In this document: in pieces, positions 36,701 through 45,480 of the stretch | How the letters are laid out: each line of letters begins with the position of its first letter | How positions within the stretch are numbered: the first letter of the stretch is position 1 | Origin: a virus | Reading direction: 5' to 3' (one strand) | Length of the DNA: 64,000 nt | Virus record (IMG/VR): IMGVR_UViG_3300047274_000223 | Translations under genes and position numbers: made by a program | The notes under the pieces: generated by a model | Told to the model about the DNA's origin: nothing | The model's input: only the letters and a program-made list of their open reading frames with translations | Database searches by the model: none

Positions 36701-39052
36701 GTTGGTAAATTAAATTCTGGAAGTGCAACTAAATTCACGGTTCTTGGTGAAACTGGAAATACAGATATTCAAGGAACACTAGATGTTGTTGGAAATGTAA
36801 CTTTATCTGCAGATTTGGCAGTTAATGGGGGAGATCTAACTACAAATCAATCTACGTTTAATCTGATTAATACTACTGCATCTACAGTAAATATTGCTGG
36901 TGCTGGTACAACTGTTCAGATCGGTGCTGCAACAGGTACAACAACAGTTAGAAATAACCTAACAATTGGTGGCAACTTAACTGTAAGCGGATCTACAACA
37001 TATGTAAATTCAACGGTTACAACAATAAAAGATCCAGTTATTACTTTAGGTGGTTCTGACAGTGGTGGTAATGCCACTTCAGATGATAATAAAGATCGTG
37101 GTATTGAATTTAAGTACTATACAACTTCAGCTAAAACTGGATTCTTTGGATGGGATGATTCTTCTGCTGGGTACAGGTTCCTTGAAGATGCAACTAATAG
37201 TTCGGAAGTATTCAGTGGAACTGATGCTACATTATATGCAGGTTCATTAACCCTATCAAAGACTGGAACTGCATTATCGGTAACAAACAATGCATCAATC
37301 GGAGGAACTTTAGCAGTTACTGGAACTTCCATATTCACTGGAACCATTGATGCAAATGGTGGTATGGATGCTAAGAATATTAGACTTGGCATTTCTGCGG
37401 TAAATGAAATTGACACTATCGTAGGAAATCTAGTACTAGATTCAGCAAGTGGTACTACTCAAGTTGATGATGCTCTAACTGTAAGTGGATTGCTAACTGC
37501 TACTGCAGGCGGTGATGCTGTTCTAACCGCAAGGGATGCTAGGAAGTGGACTACTGCTAGAACACTAACAGTTAGTGGTGATATGACTGGTTCATCAACA
37601 TTTGATGGATCTGCGGCTATGGCTCTTGCAATTACCTTGAATGATACCGTAACTGCAGGAACTTACAAATCTGTAACTGTAGATAGTAAAGGAAGAGTAA
37701 CTGCGGGTACGAATCCAACGACACTATCTGGATACGGTATTACTGATGCACAACCCCTAGATTCCGATCTTACTGCTATTGCTGGATTATCAACAACTGG
37801 ATTAATTATAAGATCTGCAACAGGAGCAGCAGTTACTAGATCAATTGCAGTTTCTGGTACTGGATTATCAATCAATAATGCTGATGGCGTAACTAACAAT
37901 CCAACGATTTCAATCAATGCAACATCAGCAAACAATGTAAATACTGTTGTAGCAAGAAACTCAACTGGCGGATTTAATGCAGGTACAATTACAGCAACTC
38001 TATCAGGCAATGCTTCAACTGCAACAACACTAGAAACCGCAAGAACGATTGGTATCTCTGGAGATGGTACTGGAACTGCAACATCCTTTAACGGATCTGC
38101 AAATATCACCATTCCATTTACCCTAGCAAATTCTGGTGTATCTGCTGGTACTTATACAAAGGTTACTGTTGATACTAAGGGTAGAGTAACAACAGGTGCT
38201 ACTGCATCATCGGATGATCTGACTGCAGGAACAACAAATCTATTCTTTACTGATGAAAGAGCTCAGGATGCAATGAATGCTGCCTTAGTTACCAATTCAT
38301 CTCACAGTGGTATATCAGTTGCATACAATGATGCTGGAAATGCATTCAATATTACAAGATCTCCACTTTCATATAGTTCATCAACATATAGTGGAGATGG
38401 TTCGACTGTTTATTTTGACGCATTAGCAGGTAGATCAGTTCTTGATATTTTGGCAATTGTTGGTGGATTAATCCAAACTCCAGCAACAGAATACAATTAC
38501 TACGATCAGGTTGTTCTATCGGGAGTTGGAGGTCATGAAGGTGAAAGTACAATTGTGGTTTCATCAAATGCTGGACTAACTACTGGTCAGGCAGTTACTG
38601 GAACTGGAATTGGATCTAGTGCCAGAATTACAAATATTTCTGGCACTACAATCACATTATCTTCAGCAAACACTAGTGCTCTTAAGAGAAATACAATCAC
38701 ATCTTCCACATTTGTAGGACCACAAGTTACTGGACAAAACAACCAAACTTATACCAATGTGGCAGCGACTGGTGGTACTGGAACTGGAGCTACATTTAAT
38801 GTCACAAGAGGAACTGCTGGTGTCTTGACAAACGTTACTATTAACAATGGTGGTAAGGATTATGTTTCTGGTCAGGTTTTAACTATTCCAGGAAACTTGG
38901 TTGGTGGTTCAACTCCAACTCACGATATCACAGTTACAATCACAAACACAAATACCACCACAACTACGGCTACATTTGGAGCACTAGTCAAGTTTAATAC
39001 TGCTCCAGCATCTGCTTCAAATAATGTTTCACTCCGTTACTTACCACTATAA
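33776..39052 (+). CDS. Tail fibre protein (1758 aa), mosaic
   Basis: N-terminus RIQLRRGSAQEWSNVNPTLAIGELGIEIDTGRIKIGDG (Mtd-N-like fibre attachment motif). Also YTKVTVDSKGRV...TNPTTLSGYGITDA fibre repeats, a duplicated DDNKDRGIEFKYY domain and Thr/Gly-rich beta repeats. Confidence 0.85.
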   Translation: MANRIQLRRGSAQEWSNVNPTLAIGELGIEIDTGRIKIGDGVTPWNSLRYERPLESVANSANTLVQRDADGNFSAGAITASLIGNASTATRLANVRQIALTGELSGSATFDGSSNLNISSTLALVPSLPHYDGTNTPTASYTKVTVDSKGRVIDGENPASIADYNLDGTIEGQSAQPFDRDLVGIAELTTTGHIVRVSDGNIATRTVTGTAGRISVVNGSGVGGNPTLDLINTTVAPGTYNTPTVAGATQTLKATKFTVDQWGRFTYAEDFPIATAVEGTTASVWSTGTTYNRYDKVTNGGRLYQALNTETSGATAPTHTTGDASDGAVSWRHLALVTTRQKGLASFDQEDFDVDANGHVQIALAGVDNTQLQNNQIRFADGNSYTAYELDNELTASTGYRGITTINDLSVNTTGGSPLLKCLAADDNVDINTTTSTIFSDITLDKTSTAIQTINRAGSLTLLMDANTASNRFLRFTANNAGAGLAKMEVLADDDITITSSNSTISVTSPQQISLISTSADVRVEDIYFANNVLSSTNSTIVLDPAGIGDDTGTVQIKGNLQVDGTTTTVNSTTITIDDVILTLGGDQTPTSDDNKDRGIEFKYYDTQARLGFYGWDDSYTTLTGTTGGYRFLYNATNTSEVFTGTDAGLIAGNLALSSNVGSTSTSTGTLVVTGGAGISQNLNVGGTTTAAGAVTLQSTLGVTDLATFNNGVTIAGNTTAATEYFRITNGAGAPVTKFLVDSATGNTTIEGTVDVTDNVTLNKNVTIVGSNTAATEYFKIQNASSTDKFVVDSSSGNTSISGTLGVTGATTLSSTLGVTAATTLSSTLGVTGATTLSSTLGVTGNTTLTGNLTTQSGSYIHIQNTDAPTVAIDGSNNYIIGSSDYGSFRLDGGGYFGNTVLFASDIYVNGAVNVKDAGSGGTASTVNNLSVRYRTTLGSSFAFTGTYASDTSHNLRVTGSAGIQTDLYVGDDFYVGKLNSGSATKFTVLGETGNTDIQGTLDVVGNVTLSADLAVNGGDLTTNQSTFNLINTTASTVNIAGAGTTVQIGAATGTTTVRNNLTIGGNLTVSGSTTYVNSTVTTIKDPVITLGGSDSGGNATSDDNKDRGIEFKYYTTSAKTGFFGWDDSSAGYRFLEDATNSSEVFSGTDATLYAGSLTLSKTGTALSVTNNASIGGTLAVTGTSIFTGTIDANGGMDAKNIRLGISAVNEIDTIVGNLVLDSASGTTQVDDALTVSGLLTATAGGDAVLTARDARKWTTARTLTVSGDMTGSSTFDGSAAMALAITLNDTVTAGTYKSVTVDSKGRVTAGTNPTTLSGYGITDAQPLDSDLTAIAGLSTTGLIIRSATGAAVTRSIAVSGTGLSINNADGVTNNPTISINATSANNVNTVVARNSTGGFNAGTITATLSGNASTATTLETARTIGISGDGTGTATSFNGSANITIPFTLANSGVSAGTYTKVTVDTKGRVTTGATASSDDLTAGTTNLFFTDERAQDAMNAALVTNSSHSGISVAYNDAGNAFNITRSPLSYSSSTYSGDGSTVYFDALAGRSVLDILAIVGGLIQTPATEYNYYDQVVLSGVGGHEGESTIVVSSNAGLTTGQAVTGTGIGSSARITNISGTTITLSSANTSALKRNTITSSTFVGPQVTGQNNQTYTNVAATGGTGTGATFNVTRGTAGVLTNVTINNGGKDYVSGQVLTIPGNLVGGSTPTHDITVTITNTNTTTTTATFGALVKFNTAPASASNNVSLRYLPL
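36185..36328 (+). repeat. 36-nt tandem repeat (TLGVTGATTLSS x3 plus one degenerate copy) in the tail fibre
   Basis: actcttggagttactggtgctactactttaagttca / accttaggtgttactgctgctactactttaagttca / actttaggggttactggtgctactactttaagttca / actcttggagttactggaaac... Confidence 0.95.
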
Positions 39053-39057
39053 GAACT

Positions 39058-39864
39058 ATGTCAGCATCCCAACCAGCAACTAGAGCAGAGTTTAAAGCAT
39101 GGTGTCTAAGGAGACTTGGATATCCAGCTATTGATATTAACGTGTGTGATGAACAACTTGATGACCTCATCGATGAGGCCATTTCACATTTCCAAGAGTT
39201 TCACTACGAAGGATCATATAGGACTTTAATTAAAATTGAAGTCACAGAAAATATGAAGACAGTAGCAACTAGTTCTTCTGCTGTTGGTGCTACATCTTGG
39301 TTGGAAGCAAATCCTTATGTAGAACTTCCTCCTGGTGTGCAGGGAGTTGATAATGTTTTCACCCAGGTTTCAACATCATCTTCAATTCCAGGTAATATTT
39401 TTAATATTAAGTATCAATTATTCTTGAATGACATTTATGCATTTACGAATAATCAGATTCTACATTATTATATGGTTCAGAATTATCTTGAAACTCTTGA
39501 CTGGGTTACTAACTCAAGACTATACAAGAGATTGAGATACACTGCAAATACAAATAAGTTGTATGTAGATATTGATTGGAGTGAACTTGGTGTTGGTGAG
39601 TATATTGTAGTCGATTGTATGATGGGTGTAGACCCAACTTTATACCCCAAAACTTGGAATGAGCATTGGTTAAAAGATTATGCCACTGCACTCTTTAAGG
39701 AGCAGTGGGGACAGAATCTAAGTAAGTATGATGGAATCCAAATGCTAGGTGGAGTAACTTTGAATGGCAGAAAGATTCTTGAAGAAGCAAAAGAAGAATT
39801 GAAGGATCTCAAGGAAGAATTGAGAAACACCTTCGAATTACCACCAATGGATTTAATCGGTTAA
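39058..39864 (+). CDS. gp13: Neck protein gp13
   Basis: RRLGYPAIDINV, WLKDYATALFKEQWGQNLSKYDGIQMLGGVTLNG motifs. Confidence 0.95.
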   Translation: MSASQPATRAEFKAWCLRRLGYPAIDINVCDEQLDDLIDEAISHFQEFHYEGSYRTLIKIEVTENMKTVATSSSAVGATSWLEANPYVELPPGVQGVDNVFTQVSTSSSIPGNIFNIKYQLFLNDIYAFTNNQILHYYMVQNYLETLDWVTNSRLYKRLRYTANTNKLYVDIDWSELGVGEYIVVDCMMGVDPTLYPKTWNEHWLKDYATALFKEQWGQNLSKYDGIQMLGGVTLNGRKILEEAKEELKDLKEELRNTFELPPMDLIG

Positions 39865-39868
39865 TCCT

Positions 39869-40789
39869 ATGTCAGAACATACCGCATCAGCTTGCACACA
39901 AAGTCCTGATCCCGCTCCTGGTTGTAGATTACGCCTAAATGGTACTCTAGGGGAACAGAATCTTTTAAATGACTTGATCACAGAATCAATTGATATCTAT
40001 GGTCAGGATGTATATTATCTACCAAGAACCTTAGTTAAGGAAGATAAATTATTCACGGAGGATACATTATCCAAGTTTGAAGGAAATTATTTAATGCGAG
40101 CCTACTGCAATACTGTAGACGGATGGGAAGGACAAGGTGATTTACTATCCAAGTTTGGTATTCGTATTGAAGATAAGACCACTTTTATTGTATCACGAAG
40201 AAGATTCGCACAACTAGTTGACGACAATACAAATTTAATTACTGAAGGAAGACCGAATGAAGGAGATTTGATTTGGGCTGCATTTTCGAGTGATCTGTAT
40301 CAGATCACTTTTGTTGAGCACGAAAAACCATTTTATCAACTCGGTAAAGGATATGTTTGGGAGATAAAGTGTGAACTCTTCCAATACAGTCATGAAGATC
40401 TTGATACTGGAATTGATGATGTTGACGAGATTGAGTCTGAGGTTGGATATACATTAGATCTAGCATTTGCTGTTGGTGGTACTGGTAACTTTGACGTTGG
40501 TGAAATTGTTTCTGGTGCGACATCTGGTGCTGATGGTGAGGTCGTATCCTGGGATCCAACAACCAGGAAACTGGTACTAAATAATTTGACAGGTTCATTC
40601 AAAGATAATGAAGTTGTCACTGGAAATACTTCTGGTGCTTCATGGACCGTCGATATCTTAGATTCTCTCAATATGGGAAGTTTTGACGGTGCTATGAATA
40701 AATACTTTGAAGTACAAGGAGACATGATTCTCGACTTTACAGAACAAAATCCATTCGGTGAGATTGGAAATATGGGAGATAGATTCTAA
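39869..40789 (+). CDS. gp14: Neck protein gp14
   Basis: ESIDIYGQDVYYLPR, LSKFGIRIED, RPNEGDLIW, CELFQYSHE and NPFGE motifs. Confidence 0.95.
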   Translation: MSEHTASACTQSPDPAPGCRLRLNGTLGEQNLLNDLITESIDIYGQDVYYLPRTLVKEDKLFTEDTLSKFEGNYLMRAYCNTVDGWEGQGDLLSKFGIRIEDKTTFIVSRRRFAQLVDDNTNLITEGRPNEGDLIWAAFSSDLYQITFVEHEKPFYQLGKGYVWEIKCELFQYSHEDLDTGIDDVDEIESEVGYTLDLAFAVGGTGNFDVGEIVSGATSGADGEVVSWDPTTRKLVLNNLTGSFKDNEVVTGNTSGASWTVDILDSLNMGSFDGAMNKYFEVQGDMILDFTEQNPFGEIGNMGDRF

Positions 40790-41592
40790 TGTTAGGCCAG
40801 TATAGTTATCACGAAATTTTTAAAAAGACCATTATTGGTTTTGGTACTCTTTTCAATAACATACAATTAAGAAGAGTTTCTAATGACAAAACAGAGGTAA
40901 TGAAGGTTCCTCTGGCATATGGTCCTGCGGAGAAATTTCTTGCTCGCCTAAGGCAGACTCCAGATCCCCAAAATGCAAAGGTCCAAATCACTTTACCTCG
41001 AATATCATTCGAGATGGATACCATTCAGTATGATAGCGATAGGAAAGTTGCTCCCACCCAAAGCATCAAGTTTAAAAATGCTGGTGCAAATGATGGTATG
41101 TCAACGGCATACATGCCAGTTCCATATAATCTTGGATTTACTCTAAGTGTCATTTCAAAGAATCAAGATGACGCCCTACAAATTGTAGAGCAGATTCTAC
41201 CATATTTCCAACCTTCATACAACTTCACTGTAGATTTGGTTCCTCAAATCGGAGAAGTAAAGGATATAATTGTTAATATGGATAGTGTCAGTTTTGAGGA
41301 TGATTATGATGGAGAATTTGATCAGAGAAGGGCACTAATATACACCTTCAAATTTACAGCAAAAACATATCTGTATGGACCAGTAAGAGAACCATCAGTT
41401 ATCAGAAAGGCACAGGTCGATACTTATACTTCTATGGATACAGTAAATGCACCAAGAGAAGTAAGGTACACTGTTACACCAGATCCACTCAATGCAGAAG
41501 CCGATGATGATTTCGGATTCAGTGAAGTGTTCTCAGAATTTACGGACATGCAAAAATGGAATCCCGATACAGGAGCGGATGAACCCTTATGA
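40789..41592 (+). CDS. gp15: Tail sheath stabiliser / tail terminator gp15
   Basis: IIGFGTLFNNI, KVPLAYGP, TLPRISFE, QIVEQILPYFQP motifs. Confidence 0.95.
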   Translation: MLGQYSYHEIFKKTIIGFGTLFNNIQLRRVSNDKTEVMKVPLAYGPAEKFLARLRQTPDPQNAKVQITLPRISFEMDTIQYDSDRKVAPTQSIKFKNAGANDGMSTAYMPVPYNLGFTLSVISKNQDDALQIVEQILPYFQPSYNFTVDLVPQIGEVKDIIVNMDSVSFEDDYDGEFDQRRALIYTFKFTAKTYLYGPVREPSVIRKAQVDTYTSMDTVNAPREVRYTVTPDPLNAEADDDFGFSEVFSEFTDMQKWNPDTGADEPL

Positions 41593-41990
41593 GTAGTTAT
41601 GATGGATTAGACGAGGTTTTTGATGTGGAATCAACTGAGATTGTTGAAGCAAAACCAGAAGTTCCACAATCACAAAAACCAGAAATACAGCAAGATTATG
41701 AAGTAACTAGAGCACAGTTACACAATCTTGTTATGAAAGGACAAGAAGCTATCGATGGAATCTTAGATGTTGCCAGAAGTTCTGATCATCCAAGAGCATA
41801 CGAAGTTGCTGGTCAATTGATTAAGAACGTAGCTGATGTTGCAGATAAATTGATCGACCTTCAGAAAAAGATGAAAGATATCGATGAGAAACCTAGATCA
41901 AGTCCTACTACAGTTAATAATACTATGTTTGTTGGATCAACATCAGAGTTGGCAAAACTTCTCAAACAAAATTCCAAACAAACTAAATAA
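41589..41990 (+). CDS. gp16: Terminase small subunit gp16
   Basis: DYEVTRAQLHNLV...HPRAYEVAGQLIK...NNTMFVGSTSEL motifs. Confidence 0.93.
   Translation: MSSYDGLDEVFDVESTEIVEAKPEVPQSQKPEIQQDYEVTRAQLHNLVMKGQEAIDGILDVARSSDHPRAYEVAGQLIKNVADVADKLIDLQKKMKDIDEKPRSSPTTVNNTMFVGSTSELAKLLKQNSKQTK
41982..41989 (+). promoter_or_regulatory. Possible late promoter (ACTAAATA)
   Basis: TAAATA core overlapping the gp16 stop, upstream of the accessory cluster. Confidence 0.55.
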
Positions 41991-42023
41991 AGTATAGGAA
42001 AGAAATTATTTTGGAGTAAATAA

Positions 42024-42572
42024 ATGACGGTTTTAAAGTTGGTGCAGCATTTAACACCACTCATCGATAATTCTGCTACTGTTAAATATACAGATCCAGC
42101 AATTGTGAAATCTGGTGTTTATAAAGTAAGCAACGCAGATACTCATTCATGTAAGGTTTGTATTGGTGGGAATCCACTTATTGTCGATGATGACGCTTGC
42201 CATATTTTACCAGGAGAGGTCGCTATTGTTAAAGCAGCAACTCCAAAAAGAGCACAAGTTATTGGAATAACTAAGGGTGCTACCACAGTTCTAAATGTAG
42301 ATCAAGATGGAAGAAAGCCATCGCATCCATTTAGAGTTGGTGATTACGTGACCATTACTGGTTCTTCAGTAGCAGCATACAACTCTGGTATTGCACATGT
42401 GGCGATAACAGCAATTACCGATACCACTATTACTGTTAGTGTTGATTCATCCGCATATTCAAATTTTACTGGAACTGCAACTCTAAGTAATTCTATTAAA
42501 ATTTCCGCCAAAGGAGATACTAATAATGGTTTAACTGTTTATTGTTCTGAGGTTCAAGTTGTAGGTGGTTGA
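42024..42572 (+). CDS. Hypothetical protein (182 aa), probably structural and beta-rich
   Basis: GGAG RBS; intact ORF; contains an HPFRVGDYVTITG beta module. Confidence 0.75.
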   Translation: MTVLKLVQHLTPLIDNSATVKYTDPAIVKSGVYKVSNADTHSCKVCIGGNPLIVDDDACHILPGEVAIVKAATPKRAQVIGITKGATTVLNVDQDGRKPSHPFRVGDYVTITGSSVAAYNSGIAHVAITAITDTTITVSVDSSAYSNFTGTATLSNSIKISAKGDTNNGLTVYCSEVQVVGG

Positions 42573-42573
42573 T

Positions 42574-43293
42574 ATGCTCAACGAAAACGTATCTACTGGT
42601 GGTGCTAGAAGAGCACGATTCGGTGGCATCAAACAGAGAGTCGGATCTTCTGAAGTAATCTCCAATAAAGATGTCGCAAACGCAGCACAGAAGTCTGCAG
42701 ATGCTAAGAAATCTGCTGGAGATGCTGCTCATGCTGCTGCAACCAAGGCAGGCAAAAGTCCTATGGAAGCAGAGACAGCAAGAAACAGAGCACATAGAGA
42801 ATACGAAAAGGCACAGAAGAAAGCACGTCTAAACAGTTCATACATCCCTTCTTTCGCTGAATACATCCAAGAGGCCAAAGAAAAGGATCATGAAGTTTCG
42901 ATGGCACAATCACAACTAGATAATGCTGCCAAGAATATTAAAACACTCAAGAAAAGTCTAGGAAAAAAAGAGAAGAATATTCCTGCTTGGATGCAAGCAA
43001 AAATTACTGATACTGCTCATAATATGGATGCTGCAGCAACATACAAAGAAAGTGCTGCTTGGACTCGTAAAGAGGGTAAGAATAAGAATGGTGGATTAAA
43101 CGAGAAGGGTCGTAAGTCATATGAAGAAGAGAATCCTGGTTCAGATTTGAAGGCACCTCAACCTGAAGGTGGTCCTCGTAAGAGATCTTTTTGTGCCAGG
43201 ATGAGTGGAATGAAAGACAAACTAACAAGTGAGAAAACTGCAAATGACCCCGATTCTCGCATAAATAAGTCGTTACGTGCGTGGAAGTGCTGA
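42574..43293 (+). CDS. Basic modular hypothetical protein, candidate internal head (poly)protein
   Basis: ATG at 42574 (the track starts at the GTG at 42565). Lys/Arg/Ala-rich segments are separated by MLNE, SFAEYIQE and TYKE. Confidence 0.75.
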   Translation: MLNENVSTGGARRARFGGIKQRVGSSEVISNKDVANAAQKSADAKKSAGDAAHAAATKAGKSPMEAETARNRAHREYEKAQKKARLNSSYIPSFAEYIQEAKEKDHEVSMAQSQLDNAAKNIKTLKKSLGKKEKNIPAWMQAKITDTAHNMDAAATYKESAAWTRKEGKNKNGGLNEKGRKSYEEENPGSDLKAPQPEGGPRKRSFCARMSGMKDKLTSEKTANDPDSRINKSLRAWKC

Positions 43294-43400
43294 TGTCTAA
43301 GTCACCCAACAAAGGCAAGAAAGGTTCTGCTGGAAATAAAAAACAGAATCAAGGAAACGCAACTGCTAAGAAAGCAAAGAACGGCGGAAAGAAAAAATGA
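43293..43400 (+). CDS. 35-aa Lys-rich peptide MSKSPNKGKKGSAGNKKQNQGNATAKKAKNGGKKK (not in ORF track)
   Basis: Exactly fills the gap between its neighbours, with a TGATG overlap at its start and an ATGA overlap at its end. Confidence 0.75.
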   Translation: MSKSPNKGKKGSAGNKKQNQGNATAKKAKNGGKKK

Positions 43401-43834
43401 GTTTGAAAGATCCTTACATCTATCGTGTTAGACAAGTACATAATGTTGTTGATGGTGACACTATTGACGTTGATATTGATTTGGGGTTTGATATCTCTCT
43501 TGCTAAGAGAGTTCGTTTGGCTGGTATTGATACCCCAGAAAGTCGCACGAAAGATGCGTATGAAAAGAAACTCGGTCTCGAATCGAAAGATTGGTTGAAG
43601 CATAGACTAGAGTTTGCTAAGAATATTGTAATCAAGACGGAACTTCCAGACAGCACCGAAAAGTATGGAAGAATTTTAGGATGGCTATATATTAATGATG
43701 AACAAACTTCACTGAACGAGCAAATGATCCAACAGGGTTATGCTTGGTCTTATCTTGGAGATACTAAAGTCAAAGACTTTGCACTTCTAGAAGCAAGACG
43801 CAAAGGTGAAGTTGATGACCGTAATTTTGTATGA
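43397..43834 (+). CDS. Staphylococcal/micrococcal nuclease-like (SNase/thermonuclease) protein
   Basis: VVDGDTIDV...RVRLAGIDTPE...EKYGRILGWLY...LNEQMIQQGYA motifs. Confidence 0.9.
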   Translation: MSLKDPYIYRVRQVHNVVDGDTIDVDIDLGFDISLAKRVRLAGIDTPESRTKDAYEKKLGLESKDWLKHRLEFAKNIVIKTELPDSTEKYGRILGWLYINDEQTSLNEQMIQQGYAWSYLGDTKVKDFALLEARRKGEVDDRNFV

Positions 43835-45480
43835 AGCCCGAAGAAGTCTATCTTGGTAATCCTAACCTAAAGAAAGCAAACGTTAAAGTTGAATTCACTC
43901 AAGAACAGATTGAGGAATTTATTAAGTGTTCGCAAGACCCTATCTATTTTGCGAGAAACTATGTAAAAATTGTTTCTCTGGATGAGGGTCTTGTTCCTTT
44001 TGAGATGTGGGACTTTCAGGAAGAACTAATCCAAAATTTCCACACGAATAGATTCAACATCGCAAAGCTTCCTCGCCAGACTGGAAAATCGACCACTTGT
44101 GTTTCTTACTTGATGCATTATGCGTTATTTAACGACAACGTTAAGATTGCTATTCTAGCAAACAAAGCAGAAACGTCAAGGGAACTTCTGTCTCGTTTGC
44201 AACTATCATATGAAAATCTTCCTAAGTGGATGCAGCATGGTATTGTATCTTGGAACAAGGGATCTCTAGAACTAGAGAATGGATCCAAGATTATTGCTGC
44301 ATCTACATCTTCATCTGCAGTCCGAGGAAACTCATTTAACATCATCTTCCTGGACGAATTTGCGTTCATTCCAAACAACATTGCAGAGCAGTTCTTCTCC
44401 TCTGTGTATCCTACTATTTCGTCTGGTAAGACAACCAAAGTTATTATTATTTCTACCCCAAACGGGATGAACATGTTCTATAAACTTTGGCACGATGCCG
44501 AACGTCATAAAAACAGTTACATACCACTTGAAGTTCACTGGTCTCAGGTTCCTGGCAGAGATGCTAAGTGGAAAGAAGAAACGATTGCTAACACATCACA
44601 AAGGCAATTCACTCAAGAGTTTGAGTGTGAGTTCCTGGGATCGGTTGACACTTTGATCAACCCAGCAAAACTTAGAGCGATGGTATATGAAGATCCCATC
44701 AGATCTAATAAGGGATTGGATATTTACGAAGAAGCAAAGCCAGATCACCAGTACATTCTAACAGTCGATACTTCCAGAGGAACAAGTCAAGACTACTCTG
44801 CATTTATCATTGTAGATATCACTACAATTCCATATAATATTGTTGGTAAGTATAAGAACAATGATATCAAACCAATCTTACTTCCAAATATTATACATGA
44901 TGTTGCCAAAAATTACAACAAAGCATATATACTAATAGAAGTCAATGATATTGGCGCACAAGTCGCTGATATTCTACAATATGATCTAGAGTACGACAAC
45001 CTTTTAATGTGTTCCATGAGAGGCCGTGCAGGTCAGATCGTTGGATCTGGTTTTAGTGGAAAGAAGGCTTCTCTTGGAGTAAGAATGACAACTGCCGTTA
45101 AAAAGGTAGGATGCTCAAACTTAAAGGCCATGCTAGAGGAAGATAAACTCATAGTTAAAGACTATGACATTATCAGTGAATTGACAACCTTCATCCAAAA
45201 GGGAAACTCTTTTGAAGCGGAAGAAGGATGTAATGATGACTTGGCAATGTCTCTTGTTATTTTTTCTTGGTTAGCGATGCAACCCTACTTTAGGGAAATG
45301 ACAAACAATGATGTTCGTCAAAGAATATATGATGACCAGAGAGAGGCAATTGAAGCGGACATGGCTCCATTTGGTTTTATACTAGATGGAACAGAAGAAG
45401 AAAGTTTTGTTGATAATGATGGGGATAGGTGGCATTTGGATGAGTACGGGGATCGATCTTATATGTGGGACTACAGATAA
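43831..45480 (+). CDS. gp17: Terminase large subunit gp17
   Basis: YLGNPNLK, Walker A PRQTGKST, Walker B IIFLDEFAF, nuclease VDTSRG and NDDLAMSL motifs. Confidence 0.98.
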   Translation: MKPEEVYLGNPNLKKANVKVEFTQEQIEEFIKCSQDPIYFARNYVKIVSLDEGLVPFEMWDFQEELIQNFHTNRFNIAKLPRQTGKSTTCVSYLMHYALFNDNVKIAILANKAETSRELLSRLQLSYENLPKWMQHGIVSWNKGSLELENGSKIIAASTSSSAVRGNSFNIIFLDEFAFIPNNIAEQFFSSVYPTISSGKTTKVIIISTPNGMNMFYKLWHDAERHKNSYIPLEVHWSQVPGRDAKWKEETIANTSQRQFTQEFECEFLGSVDTLINPAKLRAMVYEDPIRSNKGLDIYEEAKPDHQYILTVDTSRGTSQDYSAFIIVDITTIPYNIVGKYKNNDIKPILLPNIIHDVAKNYNKAYILIEVNDIGAQVADILQYDLEYDNLLMCSMRGRAGQIVGSGFSGKKASLGVRMTTAVKKVGCSNLKAMLEEDKLIVKDYDIISELTTFIQKGNSFEAEEGCNDDLAMSLVIFSWLAMQPYFREMTNNDVRQRIYDDQREAIEADMAPFGFILDGTEEESFVDNDGDRWHLDEYGDRSYMWDYR

